64,000 bases of DNA from assembly GCA_964291675.2 (NCBI GenBank), contig OZ219865.1, positions 1,087,547 to 1,151,546 of the forward strand, read 5' to 3'. This stretch comes from Alphaproteobacteria bacterium (GTDB taxonomy: Bacteria > Pseudomonadota > Alphaproteobacteria > MPNO01). Below, in pieces: positions 9,555 to 19,547 of this stretch. The position numbers were made by a program, and so were the translations under genes. The stretch's first letter is position 1, and every line of letters starts with the position of its first letter. The notes beneath the pieces are model-generated. The model saw only the letters and a program-made list of their open reading frames with translations. It had not been told where the DNA came from and did no database searches.

Positions 9555-11141
9555 ATGCGCAATTTCGAGCTGCCGGGGCGGTCGCCCGTCTACGGCACCG
9601 GCGGCATGGCTGCGACCTCGCACCCGCTGGCCAGCCTGACCGCGATCGAGACGCTCAAATCCGGCGGCAACGCGGTGGACGCCGCGGTGGCGGCGGCGGC
9701 GGTGCTCGCCGTCGTCGAGTCGCATATGACCGGCATCGGCGGCGACTGCTTCGTCCTCTACGCGCCGCAGGGCGGCGGCATCGTCGCCTATAACGGCTCG
9801 GGCCGCAGCCCGGCGGCGGCGGAGATCGACTGGTATGTCGCCAGGGGCATCGACCGGATGCCGGTCATCGGGCCGCACGCGGTCACGATCCCGGGCGCGG
9901 TCGAGGCCTGGGACCGGCTGGTCGGCGATCACGGCCGGAAGCCGTTCGGCGAATTGCTGGCGCCCGCGATCCGGCTCGCGGCCGACGGAGCGGTCGTCCA
10001 TCCGCGGGTCGCCTGGGACTGGGCGGGCTGCGAGCGCCTGCTGGCGCGGACGCCGGAGACCGCGGCGCTCTACCTGCAAGGCGGGCGCGCGTACCGGGCC
10101 GGCGAGGTCCACCGCCAGGAGGCGCTGTCCGCGACGCTGGCTGCCATCGCCGCCGACGGACCTTCCGCGTTCTACGAAGGCGAGGCGGCCGAGCGCATGG
10201 CGGCGACGCTCGCCGCCTATGGCGGGCTGCACGGCGTGGCGGACTTCGCGGCGCATCGCGGCGACTATGTCGAGCCCATCGCGACCGCCTATCGCGGCCA
10301 CGAGATCCACGAGTGCCCGCCCAACGGCCAGGGGCTCACGGCGCTCCTGATGTTCAACATCCTCGCCGGCTTCGACCTCGAAGGCTCGGATCCGGCGGAC
10401 CCCCGCCGCCTGCATCTCGAAGCCGAGGCCGGGCGGCTCGCCTATCGCGAGCGCGACCGCCATATCGCGGACCCCGACGGCGCCGAGATCCCGGTCGATG
10501 CGCTGCTGTCGGAGGGTTACGCGGCCGAGCTCCGCCGCCACATCGATCCGGGCCGCGCGATGGCCGGGCTGCCGCCGGCGCGGATGCCTGCGAGCTCGGA
10601 CACGGTCTACCTCGCCGTGGTCGACGGCGACGGCAACGCGATCAGCTTCATCAACTCGCTGTTCGCCATGTTCGGCGCCGCCATCGCCGATACCCGCACC
10701 GGGGTGCTGTTCCAGAACCGCGGCAGCGCCTTCCTGATCGACCGCAGGCACCCCAACGCCATCGGCCCGTCCAAGCGCTCGCTGCACACGATCATGCCCG
10801 GGATGATGGCGAAGGACGGCGCGGCGGTCATGCCGTTCGGCGTCATGGGCGGGCACTACCAGCCCTTCGGCCACGTCCACCTGATCGCCGGGCTGCTCGA
10901 TTGCGGGCTCGACGTGCAGCGCGCGATCGACGCCCCGCGCGTCTTCCACTTCGGCGGCGCGCTCGCGCTGGAGGCCGGCATCCCCGCCGAGACCGCCGAC
11001 GCGCTGGCGGCGATGGGCCACGCCGTCCGCCCCGCCGGCGCGCCGCTCGGCGGCGGCCAGGCGGTGGCCATCGACCGCGAGACTGGGGTTCTCGCCGGCG
11101 GCTCCGATCCCCGCAAGGACGGCTGCGCGCTCGGCTATTGA
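9555..11141 (+). CDS. ggt: Gamma-glutamyltransferase family protein
   Basis: GGNAVDAA, TGIGGDCF, PPNGQG, DTVYL, FGVMGG, GSDPRKDG. Confidence 0.92.
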   Translation: MRNFELPGRSPVYGTGGMAATSHPLASLTAIETLKSGGNAVDAAVAAAAVLAVVESHMTGIGGDCFVLYAPQGGGIVAYNGSGRSPAAAEIDWYVARGIDRMPVIGPHAVTIPGAVEAWDRLVGDHGRKPFGELLAPAIRLAADGAVVHPRVAWDWAGCERLLARTPETAALYLQGGRAYRAGEVHRQEALSATLAAIAADGPSAFYEGEAAERMAATLAAYGGLHGVADFAAHRGDYVEPIATAYRGHEIHECPPNGQGLTALLMFNILAGFDLEGSDPADPRRLHLEAEAGRLAYRERDRHIADPDGAEIPVDALLSEGYAAELRRHIDPGRAMAGLPPARMPASSDTVYLAVVDGDGNAISFINSLFAMFGAAIADTRTGVLFQNRGSAFLIDRRHPNAIGPSKRSLHTIMPGMMAKDGAAVMPFGVMGGHYQPFGHVHLIAGLLDCGLDVQRAIDAPRVFHFGGALALEAGIPAETADALAAMGHAVRPAGAPLGGGQAVAIDRETGVLAGGSDPRKDGCALGY

Positions 11142-11196
11142 GCCGGGCGGGCGGGTTCATGCTACGCTAGCTCAGGGCTCACACGGAGGTTCCGCC

Positions 11197-11598
11197 ATGG
11201 CCAAGCTGCGCCATATCGCGATCGCCTGCGACGATGTCGAGGCGACCGCCAGGTTCTACGAGGAGGTATTCGACATGGAGCGCGTGGGCGAGACCAACGC
11301 CTCGCTCGCCGACGGCGTCTACCTCTCGGACGGCGTGATCAACCTCGCCATCCTCGACTACAAGACCGACGAAGCCGCCGGCGAGGAGCGCGGCAAGGAC
11401 TATGTCGGGGTGCACCATTTCGGCTTCTGGGTCGACGATCTGGAGGACGCCGAGAAGGACATCGAGGCCAATGGCGGGACGTTCTTCCTCGACCTGCCGA
11501 TCGACAAGGAATCGCTCTACTACGAGAAGAAGTACCGCGACCCCAACGGCATCATCTTCGACATCTCCCAGAACGGCTGGGTGGGAACCTCGAAATAG
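11197..11598 (+). CDS. VOC/glyoxalase family protein
   Basis: LRHIAI, LSDGVINLA, GVHHFGFWVDD, DPNGIIFD. Confidence 0.85.
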   Translation: MAKLRHIAIACDDVEATARFYEEVFDMERVGETNASLADGVYLSDGVINLAILDYKTDEAAGEERGKDYVGVHHFGFWVDDLEDAEKDIEANGGTFFLDLPIDKESLYYEKKYRDPNGIIFDISQNGWVGTSK

Positions 11599-11607
11599 GG
11601 CACGGCG

Positions 11608-12504
11608 ATGAACCATGCACGGGTGACGGCTGTAAGAAGCGTCGAGCTCGGCGTCCGCGACGTGGCGGCGGCGGCGGAGTTCTACGCCGGCGTGTGGAAC
11701 CTGGACCCGGTGGCGGAGCGGAACGGCTCGCGCTATTTCCGCGGCACCGGGGCGGAGCACCACATCCTCGCCCTGCATGAGCGCGGCGAGCCCGCCCTGA
11801 TCCGGGTCAACTTTGCCGCGCTGGACCGGCGGAGCGTCGACGGCCTGCACGCGCGGCTCGCGGCGCTGGGCCTGGCGGATATCGGCGAGCCGGGCGAACT
11901 GTCGAGCCCGGGCGGCGGCTACGGCTTCGCCTTCTCGGACGGGGAGGGACGCAAGCTCGCGGTCTCGTCGGATGTCGCAACCCACGTCGACGCGGCGGAC
12001 GCGCCCGACCGGCCGCGCAAGATCTCGCACTGCGTGCTGAACGCCGCCGACATGGAAGGCTCGATTGGCGTCTTCACCGAAGGGCTCGGCTTCACGGTCA
12101 TCGACCGGACGGGCCATCTCTGCTTCCTCTGCTGCGGCTCGGACCATCACAGCATCGCGCTGGGGCATGGCGATGCGCCGACGCTGCACCACATCGCTTT
12201 CGAGATGACGGATCTCGATTCGGTGATGCGCGGGGCGGGGCGGATGCGCGACGCCGGCTATCCGATCGAATGGGGCGTCGGCCGGCACGGCCCGGGCGCC
12301 AACGTGTTCTCCTATTTCCTCGGCCCCGACGACTTCATCATCGAGTACACCGCCGAGGTCGAGCAGGTGGACGACAGCTACCCGAAGCGAAGCGCCGAGT
12401 ACTGGGCCAGGCTCAACCCGCCCGGCTGGACCGACCGCTGGGGCGTCTCCGGCCCGCCTTCCGAGCGGATGCAGGCGGCGCAAACCAGGATCGGCTTCGC
12501 CTGA
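11608..12504 (+). CDS. Two-domain VOC extradiol dioxygenase-like protein
   Basis: KISHCVLN, HHSIAL, LHHIAFE, WGVGRHGPG, YFLGP...IEY. Confidence 0.85.
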   Translation: MNHARVTAVRSVELGVRDVAAAAEFYAGVWNLDPVAERNGSRYFRGTGAEHHILALHERGEPALIRVNFAALDRRSVDGLHARLAALGLADIGEPGELSSPGGGYGFAFSDGEGRKLAVSSDVATHVDAADAPDRPRKISHCVLNAADMEGSIGVFTEGLGFTVIDRTGHLCFLCCGSDHHSIALGHGDAPTLHHIAFEMTDLDSVMRGAGRMRDAGYPIEWGVGRHGPGANVFSYFLGPDDFIIEYTAEVEQVDDSYPKRSAEYWARLNPPGWTDRWGVSGPPSERMQAAQTRIGFA

Positions 12505-12515
12505 GGGCCGCCGCA

Positions 12516-13466
12516 ATGAATTTCGTCGATATCGACACGCTGGTCTTCGCCGCGCCCGACATGAAGACCGCCAGGCGGTTCTACACCGACTGGGGGCTCA
12601 GGAAGGTGAGCGACCGCCGGTCGGGCGCCGTCTTCGAGACCGGAATCGGCGCGAAACTCGACATCCGCCCCGCGGGCCACCCGTCGCTGCCGCCGCCGGC
12701 GGTGCCGGGGATGAACTTCCGCGAGGCGATCTGGGGGGTCGAGACCGAGGACGACCTCGACGCGGTCCACCGGGAGCTCGCGCGCGACCGCGAGGTCGCG
12801 GTCGACGAGGACGGGACCATCCACTGCGTCGATCCCTATAGCGTCGCGGTGGGCTTTCGCGTCTGGAAGCACGACAGGCAGGTCGATGCCGCGCGCTCGG
12901 CGGTCAACGGCTACGGCAATATCGAGCGCCCGGACGAGCGCGCGAAAATCTACCGGCGGGCGCGGCCGATCCGCATGGGGCATATCGGCTTCCTGCTTCC
13001 CGACCTCAAGCCGGCCGAGAAGTTCTACGCCGACCGTCTCGGCTTTTCGGTGTCGGACCGCTATGCCGGCGGGCGCGGGCTGTTCCTGCGCTGCGCGGCG
13101 GAGGCCGACCACCATAATCTGTTCCTGATCAGGAGCGGCAACGGCGCCACCGCTTTCCACCATGTCGCCTTCGAGGTGCGCGACATCCACGAGGTGTTCG
13201 GCGGCGGCATCCATTTCGACCGCAAGGGCTGGGAGACCGAGGTGGGCCCGGGGCGCCACCCGGTGTCCTCGGCCTATTTCTGGTACTTCAAGAGCCCGTG
13301 CGAGGGCGCGGTCGAATACTTCGCCGATTCGGACTATTTGACGGCGGAGTGGAAGCCGACCTCGTTCCGCAAGAACCGGTTCTCGGAATGGCACCTGGTG
13401 GACGGGATCGACACCGGCCGGAACGCGATGCCGCGCCCCTCGATGGCCGCCGACGCGGGGACATAG
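12516..13466 (+). CDS. Two-domain VOC extradiol dioxygenase-like protein
   Basis: MGHIGF, DHHNLF, FHHVAFEV, GPGRHPVSSAYFWYF. Confidence 0.85.
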   Translation: MNFVDIDTLVFAAPDMKTARRFYTDWGLRKVSDRRSGAVFETGIGAKLDIRPAGHPSLPPPAVPGMNFREAIWGVETEDDLDAVHRELARDREVAVDEDGTIHCVDPYSVAVGFRVWKHDRQVDAARSAVNGYGNIERPDERAKIYRRARPIRMGHIGFLLPDLKPAEKFYADRLGFSVSDRYAGGRGLFLRCAAEADHHNLFLIRSGNGATAFHHVAFEVRDIHEVFGGGIHFDRKGWETEVGPGRHPVSSAYFWYFKSPCEGAVEYFADSDYLTAEWKPTSFRKNRFSEWHLVDGIDTGRNAMPRPSMAADAGT

Positions 13467-13476
13467 GAAGGACGCG

Positions 13477-14505
13477 ATGTTTCTCAGAAATTGCTGGTAC
13501 GCGGCCTATTGGTCGAAGGATCTCGGCCGCGGGCCGGAAGCGCGCACGATCCTCAACGAGCCGGTGGTGTTCTTCCGCAAGGAGGACGGCACGCCGGTGG
13601 CGCTCGCCGATCGCTGCTGTCACCGCGCGGCGCCGCTGTCGCGCGGGAGCTGCGTCGGCGACGGGCTGCAATGCGGCTATCACGGGCTGCGCTACGACGA
13701 CACCGGCGCGGTCGTCGAGGTCCCCGGCCAGGCGCGGGTCCCGCCCGGCGCCCGGGTTCGCCGCTACCCGGTGCGCGAGAAGTGGAAGACGGTGTGGATC
13801 TGGATGGGCGATGCGGACAAGGTCGACGAGAGCGCCATCCCCGAGCTGTTCTGGCTCGACGATCCGGGCTGGGTCTCCACGCCGGGCCGGTTCCACGTCA
13901 AGGGCAACTACCAGCTTCTGGCCGACAACCTGCTCGACCTCACCCATGTCATCTACCTGCACAAGAACACGATCGGCGGCGACCCGGCGGAGGCGACCTG
14001 GCCGACCGAGACCGAGCGCATCGAGAACGGGGTGCGCGTCGGCCGCTGGATGATCGACCTCACGCCGCCGCCGCTGTTTGACAGGGTCGGCGAATTCGAA
14101 GGCAATTGCGACCGCTGGCAGCACGTCACCTGGCTGGCGCCGTCGAACATCTATCTCGACATCGGCGCCGCGCCGACCGGGACGGGGGCGCCGGAAGGCA
14201 ACCGCAGCCAGGGTTTCTCGATCTGGTCGACCCACCTGCTGACGCCGGAGACCGAGACCACCACCCACTACCACTGGGGCTATGCCCGGGATTTCCGGCT
14301 CGACGACGAGGCGCTGACCAAAACCCTTTTCGAGGGCTCGCGCGACACGTTTTACGAGGACGTGGAGATGATCGACGCGCAGCAGGAGCGCCTCGGCGCG
14401 ACCTCGCTCGACGGGCTGATCGACATCAACGCCGACTACGCCCAGCTCCAGGCGCGGCGCTATCTGGAAGACCGCATCCGCGCGGAGGCCACCGCGAACG
14501 CCTGA
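13477..14505 (+). CDS. Rieske oxygenase alpha subunit (VanA-like)
   Basis: CCHRAAPLS...CGYHG Rieske motif; DNLLDLTHVIYLH mononuclear iron site. Confidence 0.92.
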   Translation: MFLRNCWYAAYWSKDLGRGPEARTILNEPVVFFRKEDGTPVALADRCCHRAAPLSRGSCVGDGLQCGYHGLRYDDTGAVVEVPGQARVPPGARVRRYPVREKWKTVWIWMGDADKVDESAIPELFWLDDPGWVSTPGRFHVKGNYQLLADNLLDLTHVIYLHKNTIGGDPAEATWPTETERIENGVRVGRWMIDLTPPPLFDRVGEFEGNCDRWQHVTWLAPSNIYLDIGAAPTGTGAPEGNRSQGFSIWSTHLLTPETETTTHYHWGYARDFRLDDEALTKTLFEGSRDTFYEDVEMIDAQQERLGATSLDGLIDINADYAQLQARRYLEDRIRAEATANA

Positions 14506-14536
14506 GCGCCGGGGGCGAAGGACGTATTCGGTCGAA

Positions 14537-14830
14537 TCACCGGTCGCGCCGGTTCTCGTCAAGTTGCGCAAGGATCTCGTTCAACGGGGCGACCGGCTTC
14601 GTCGATGGCGGCGGCCCGGAGCCTGCCAGTAGCGGCGGCGTCAGCACGCCCGAGCGCACCGCATCGGCCAGCAATGCGTCGGCAAGGACTGGGCTACGGG
14701 TCTCTTTGGGTGGGCCGAGCTCCGCCACCACCCGGTCACGGTCCGTCACCAGGATCGTTTCGCCGGACGCCGCGAGCCGCACCCAGTCGTTCAACCGGCT
14801 CTTCAGTTTCCTGATTCCGACCGACTTCAT
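14537..14830 (-). CDS. Phd/YefM family antitoxin (no adjacent toxin)
   Basis: MKSVGIRKLKSRLNDWVRLAASGETILVTDRDRVVAEL. Confidence 0.75.
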   Translation of the reverse strand: MKSVGIRKLKSRLNDWVRLAASGETILVTDRDRVVAELGPPKETRSPVLADALLADAVRSGVLTPPLLAGSGPPPSTKPVAPLNEILAQLDENRRDR

Positions 14831-14914
14831 GCCCGTTAAGATTGTAATCGAGTGCAGCTTCGTCAATCGGCATGGGTTGTGGTTCGTGCCGGTCGGCGGG
14901 CGCACATCTACCCC

Positions 14915-15090
14915 GCCGCCCGTCATCGCCATCCCTGCCCTGTATCCTCGTCATGCCCGGACTTGTTCCGGGCATCCACTGGCGCCGCCACCGCTCCCGG
15001 CCGACCGCCATGCGCGCGGACGCGCCGCATGGATGGCCGGATCGAGTCCGGCCATGACGGGATGGTGGTGGCGGTGGAGGAGCAGGGAGA
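14915..15090. repeat. REP doublet element, family A (GTCATGCCCGG...CCGGGCATCCA)
   Basis: Two inverted palindromic units around a spacer; homologous inverted copy at 30690-30865; fused derivative at 15140-15172. Confidence 0.85.
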
Positions 15091-15256
15091 GCCGGGTGCG
15101 GCTCGCGTCGAAAATCCAGACCGGACAGCAGTGGAACACCCCCGGACTTGATCCGGCGGCCGGGCATGACGGAAGAAACGTCGCGGGCCACCCGCCCGCC
15201 AAGCGATCTGGACAAGCCCCTATCGAAGGACATCCTCCGCCGTGGCCCTTCGCCCG

Positions 15257-17080
15257 CTACTTCAACTGCGTCTGGACGTCGACCAGGGCGACCCCGCCGC
15301 GCGCGACCTCGGCCACGGCGTCGCGGAACGCGCCGGCGAGATCGGACGGGTGGGCGATCGGTCCCGTCCCCCAGGCGCCATAGCCGCGGGCGATCGCCGC
15401 GTAGTCGGGCTCTGGCGCGACCATGCGCTGGCCGATCCAGGCGTTGTCGACCGGGCGTCCGCGCGCTTGGGCGAGCGCGATCTGGTGTTCCTCGTCGTTG
15501 CCGAAGGACGTGTTGTTGTGCAGCACGACCAGGCACGGGATGCGGTAATGCGCCGCCGTCCACAGCGCCGACGGGTTCATCGTGAAATCGCCGTCTCCCA
15601 GGATGGCGAGCGGGAACTTGCCGCTGCCGCGCAGCGCGAGCGCCGCGCCCACCACCCCGCCCGGCCCGTAGCCGACCCCGCCCCCGCCGTTGTGGCCCAA
15701 AAAACGCCCGGCGCCCGGAAAGTCCCAGATCCCCTCGTACCAGCAGCGCCCGTTGCGGCTGACCAGCACCCAGTCCCGCCCGCGCACCGCCTGCCACAGC
15801 TCCTCCATCATGCGCGGGACCGAGATCGGCACCGCGTCCCGGTCCTCCTGCGCCCGGGCGCGCTGGGCGGCGCGCAGCGCCTCGTGGCGCCGGGCAAGCT
15901 CCTCGCGGCGCTGCTGCGCGCGCCGGTACCAGGCCGGCGCGCCGTCCGCCCGGCGCTCGATCTCGGCGACGAGCTGGCCCAGCCCGTGCAGCGGGTCGGC
16001 GAGAAGCTGGACGTCGAGCGGGGCGAGCGCGCCGCCCGCGTTCGACCAGTGATCGACCGCGAGATCGTTGACCGAGAGCTCGATCACCTTGCGCGTGCCC
16101 GTGGTCGCGTTGCGCGTATCGCCGCGCGCGCCGGCATAGCCGCCGACCAGCGCGGTCAGATCGGGGCAGTCGATCCCCAGCACGACGTCGGACTCGCTGC
16201 GGATCGGGTTGGGCGGCGGGCGGTAGCCGCCGTTCAGGTTCTGCTTGTGCGCGGTCGGCACGCAGACGATGTCGGTGCCGTCCTGATAGGCCGCGCCCAG
16301 CAATTCGATCAGCCTGACCATGGGCGGCCCTGCCTCGGCATGGCGGCCGAAGCGCCCGCCGAAGACGAGCGGCATCGACGCTTCGGTCAGCAGGTCCACC
16401 GCCGCCGCGATCCCGGCCTGCGCGGCGGCGATGGGCGGCGCCGGGCGGTAGCGCGGCAGGCCGACATCGGGAAGCGCGGGCGGCTCGTCGAGGGGCTCCT
16501 CCTGGATCCCGGCGTCGATCGAGACGTAGGTCGGGCGCCGCGGCGCGCTCTCGGCGATGCGCCGCGCCCGCAACAGGGAGTCGAAGACCGCCTTGAGCGT
16601 CGGCGGCTCGTCGGTCCACTTGGTGTAGGGCCTGACCGATTCGCTCTGCGTGTTGGCCGAATGGAGCCAGTCGATGGCGCGGCGCTCGGCCGGGTCCGCC
16701 GGGCCGGACCCGCCGAGCACGAGGACCGGCACCTCGTCGGCCCAGGCGTTGTAGAACGCCATCATCGCGTGCTGCAGCCCGACAAGGTCGTGCAGGATCA
16801 CGAGGCTCGCCTTGCCGGTGACCTTGCTGTAGCCCTGCGCCATGTGGAGCGCGATCTCCTCGGCGCCGCAGAGGACGATCTCCGGCGTGGCGTTGCGCGT
16901 GTGGTTGACCAGCGAGTCGTGCAGCCCGCGGAAGCTCGATCCGGGGGTGAGCATGACGTGCTCGAACCCCATCGCCTGGAGCAGCTCGCAGATCGCGTCC
17001 GAGCCGTACTCGGCGTCCGCCCGGTTGTGCGGCAGGTTGACCGGGACCTCGGATGCGAAGCGGTCTGCGGGCTGGTCCAT
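15257..17080 (-). CDS. Thiamine pyrophosphate-binding enzyme
   Basis: PGSSFRGLHDS N-terminal motif; GDGDF...HNNTSFGND TPP-binding motif. Confidence 0.9.
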   Translation of the reverse strand: MDQPADRFASEVPVNLPHNRADAEYGSDAICELLQAMGFEHVMLTPGSSFRGLHDSLVNHTRNATPEIVLCGAEEIALHMAQGYSKVTGKASLVILHDLVGLQHAMMAFYNAWADEVPVLVLGGSGPADPAERRAIDWLHSANTQSESVRPYTKWTDEPPTLKAVFDSLLRARRIAESAPRRPTYVSIDAGIQEEPLDEPPALPDVGLPRYRPAPPIAAAQAGIAAAVDLLTEASMPLVFGGRFGRHAEAGPPMVRLIELLGAAYQDGTDIVCVPTAHKQNLNGGYRPPPNPIRSESDVVLGIDCPDLTALVGGYAGARGDTRNATTGTRKVIELSVNDLAVDHWSNAGGALAPLDVQLLADPLHGLGQLVAEIERRADGAPAWYRRAQQRREELARRHEALRAAQRARAQEDRDAVPISVPRMMEELWQAVRGRDWVLVSRNGRCWYEGIWDFPGAGRFLGHNGGGGVGYGPGGVVGAALALRGSGKFPLAILGDGDFTMNPSALWTAAHYRIPCLVVLHNNTSFGNDEEHQIALAQARGRPVDNAWIGQRMVAPEPDYAAIARGYGAWGTGPIAHPSDLAGAFRDAVAEVARGGVALVDVQTQLK

Positions 17081-17191
17081 CGCGGTCTCCTCTGGCCGGG
17101 AGGCGCCAGTTTGGCGGGCCGTCGGCGGGCTGCCAAGCCGGCCGGGCATCCCATATAGTCGGGTACGAGCACTCGACGAGGGGGGACGACA

Positions 17192-17617
17192 ATGGCCAAA
17201 TCGATCGAGCATGTGCACTGGGCCGACGCGCCGGACATGTGGATGCCCTATGCGCCGGCGATCACCGTCACCGGCGGCAAGACGGTGTTCCTCGCCGGGG
17301 TGACGGCGGCGCCGGTCTACCACCACCACCCGCACCGCCCGGAAGAGTTCGACTCCATGCCCACCGACATGGAGGGCCAGTCGCGCGCGGCGCTCGATCA
17401 GCTCCGGCGCAGCCTGGAGGCGGTGGGCGCCGGCTTCTCCGACGTGGTCAGCGCCAACCGCTTCGTGACCGACCTCGGCGACCAGGATTCGCTCAACAAG
17501 GTCTGGGCCGAGTATTTCGGCGACAGCAAGCCGACCACCACCACGGTCCAGGTGGTCGAGCTCGCCACCGACCCGCGCTGCCTGGTCGAGATCAACGCGA
17601 TCGCGGTGATCGATTGA
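17192..17617 (+). CDS. RidA/YjgF family protein
   Basis: VFLAGVT, LNKVWAEYFG..KPTTT, LVEINAIA. Confidence 0.88.
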   Translation: MAKSIEHVHWADAPDMWMPYAPAITVTGGKTVFLAGVTAAPVYHHHPHRPEEFDSMPTDMEGQSRAALDQLRRSLEAVGAGFSDVVSANRFVTDLGDQDSLNKVWAEYFGDSKPTTTTVQVVELATDPRCLVEINAIAVID

Positions 17618-17621
17618 GCGC

Positions 17622-18323
17622 ATGGCGGCGGACCGGCTGATCGTCCCCTATGGCTGCGCGAGCTGGCGGGACGGCTGGATCGAAGAGGGACCCGACGGCC
17701 GGGTTCGCTGCACGGTGCCGCATGTCGTCATCGACCGGGCGGCGAACGCCCCGCTCCGCCTGCAGGACGGGCAATACGCGATCCCGCTTCCGGCTCGCGG
17801 CTCGCCGGACGAAGAGTTGCGCCAGATCGAGGACGACGCGGTCGCCCGCGCCGATCCCTGGTCGAAGCCGCAGGCCGCCTTCCTGCGGCGCTACTTCGCG
17901 CATGTCCGCAGGATTGTCGAAAACGATGCCGGGGCGCTGACCGAAAGGCTCGGCACGCTGCGCGGCCTGTTCGACCATCGGGCCTTCGTCTTTGCCGCGC
18001 CGCGCCCGCTGCCGCGCGCCTTCCTGACGGCCGAGGGCGGCATGATCCGCTGCGACTGCGTCTTCTGGACCGGTGGCGGGGCGCTGGCGGTCGAGATCGA
18101 GGGAAGGACCGCCCCCCGTCCCGGCCGCGCGGACGAGCTCGCCCGGCTCGCCGCCGCCGGGGTGGCGGTGGTCCGCTGCCCGCCCGATGCGGAGATCGCC
18201 TCGCTCGGCCTGCCGCCGCTCTTCGAGCGCTTCGCCGAGGGGGTGTCGATCCCGTCCGGCCCCTTCAAGGCGCGCGGGATCGAGGCCTATGCCGAGCCTC
18301 AGATATCGAGCTCCAGCACGTAG
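17622..18323 (+). CDS. Hypothetical protein with possible PD-(D/E)XK-like segment
   Basis: Starts 4 bp after the RidA stop; RCDCVFW...LAVEIEG segment. Confidence 0.6.
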   Translation: MAADRLIVPYGCASWRDGWIEEGPDGRVRCTVPHVVIDRAANAPLRLQDGQYAIPLPARGSPDEELRQIEDDAVARADPWSKPQAAFLRRYFAHVRRIVENDAGALTERLGTLRGLFDHRAFVFAAPRPLPRAFLTAEGGMIRCDCVFWTGGGALAVEIEGRTAPRPGRADELARLAAAGVAVVRCPPDAEIASLGLPPLFERFAEGVSIPSGPFKARGIEAYAEPQISSSST

Positions 18324-19531
18324 AGCCCGCCGGTGAACCGGTCGACGGTGTAGACGAGGCGGTTCTCGTCGACGAACACGTCGTTGAGCTGGACCGCGCC
18401 GACGCGCGAGCCCTCGGGCGTCGCCGGCACGTAATACGCGACCTCTTCCGGCCGGTAGGGGTCGGAGATGTCGTGCACCCGGATGCCGCCGTTGAAATAG
18501 GTGCCGAAGATCAGCACATCGGAGGAGAACGAGCCCGGCTGGTTCTCGTGGATGTTGTGCGACCCAAAGCGCCCGCCGCGCTCGCTGTACGCCTCGACGG
18601 GGGGCAGCGGCAGGGTCGAGATGGGAACCAGGTTGCTCTCGTCCCGCGCATCCAGCACCCAGGTAAGCTTGGGCCAGTCCCGCCCGGCATCGAGGATGCA
18701 CTCGTCCGAGACCACCAGCAGGTCGCGGTCGAACAGCGGCAGCACGGTATGGCTGAACCCGTTCTGCGGCGGGTGCGGGTTCCACTGGCCGACCGGCTTC
18801 GGGTTCGCCATGTCGGCGATGTCGAGGATGTAGATGCCGCCGTCGATATAGGCGAGATAGACCCGGTCGGGACGCTCGGGATAGACGTTGGTGTTGTGCG
18901 CCCGCATGCCGATGTCGTAGGTCGGATGGCGCCTCGGCGGCGGCGCGTCGTCGCCGACCCTGGTTCCCGGCAGCCACCAGCGGCCGATTTCCACCGGCCT
19001 CGTCGGATCGGACACGTCGATCGAGCGGTAGAACTGGGAATCGGCCGGGTGGGTGGGCTCGAAATCGGCCGCCCCGCCGGAGAAATGAATGTACCTGCCG
19101 TCGGCGAACCAGAGCTGGTGCACCCCCATGGAGTGCGGCCCGGAGCAGTCGAAGAAGCCGACGGTGCGGGGCGATTCGGGGGTGCTCACGTCGAACAGCT
19201 CGATCCCCGCCGGCTCGAGGCCGAAGCCGGGGTCCATCAGCCCGCCCGGCCCCCGCGTCTGGTAGGCGACCGCCATGATGTCGCCCACCAGATCGAGCGA
19301 GTTGGACCGCATGTTGTTGTGCGCGAGGTCGGTCTGGACGATCACCCGCGGCCTGGCCGGGTCGGTCACGTCGACGCCGGTGAAATTCTTGGGCGGCCCT
19401 TCATGGGCGAGCCACAGGATGCGCCGCCCGCCGGAAGCCTCCTGGATCGCCATCCCCTCGCCCATGCCGCCCCAGCCGGCCAGCGGATCGTGGGCGATCA
19501 GCGTCATGTTGCGCGCTTCGTCCCGGCTCAT
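18299..19531 (-). CDS. LVIVD-repeat beta-propeller protein
   Basis: Repeated D-V/I-S/T-D-P-x-x-P units, GRWWLPG, RFGSHN, FNGGIRVHDI. Confidence 0.85.
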   Translation of the reverse strand: MSRDEARNMTLIAHDPLAGWGGMGEGMAIQEASGGRRILWLAHEGPPKNFTGVDVTDPARPRVIVQTDLAHNNMRSNSLDLVGDIMAVAYQTRGPGGLMDPGFGLEPAGIELFDVSTPESPRTVGFFDCSGPHSMGVHQLWFADGRYIHFSGGAADFEPTHPADSQFYRSIDVSDPTRPVEIGRWWLPGTRVGDDAPPPRRHPTYDIGMRAHNTNVYPERPDRVYLAYIDGGIYILDIADMANPKPVGQWNPHPPQNGFSHTVLPLFDRDLLVVSDECILDAGRDWPKLTWVLDARDESNLVPISTLPLPPVEAYSERGGRFGSHNIHENQPGSFSSDVLIFGTYFNGGIRVHDISDPYRPEEVAYYVPATPEGSRVGAVQLNDVFVDENRLVYTVDRFTGGLYVLELDI

Positions 19532-19547
19532 CCCTTGCTCTCCCTGT

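Noticed and set aside
15105-15135. ACCGGACAGCAGTGG as an IS terminus inside the REP cluster
   Set aside because: No partner end or transposase; resemblance too vague to support.
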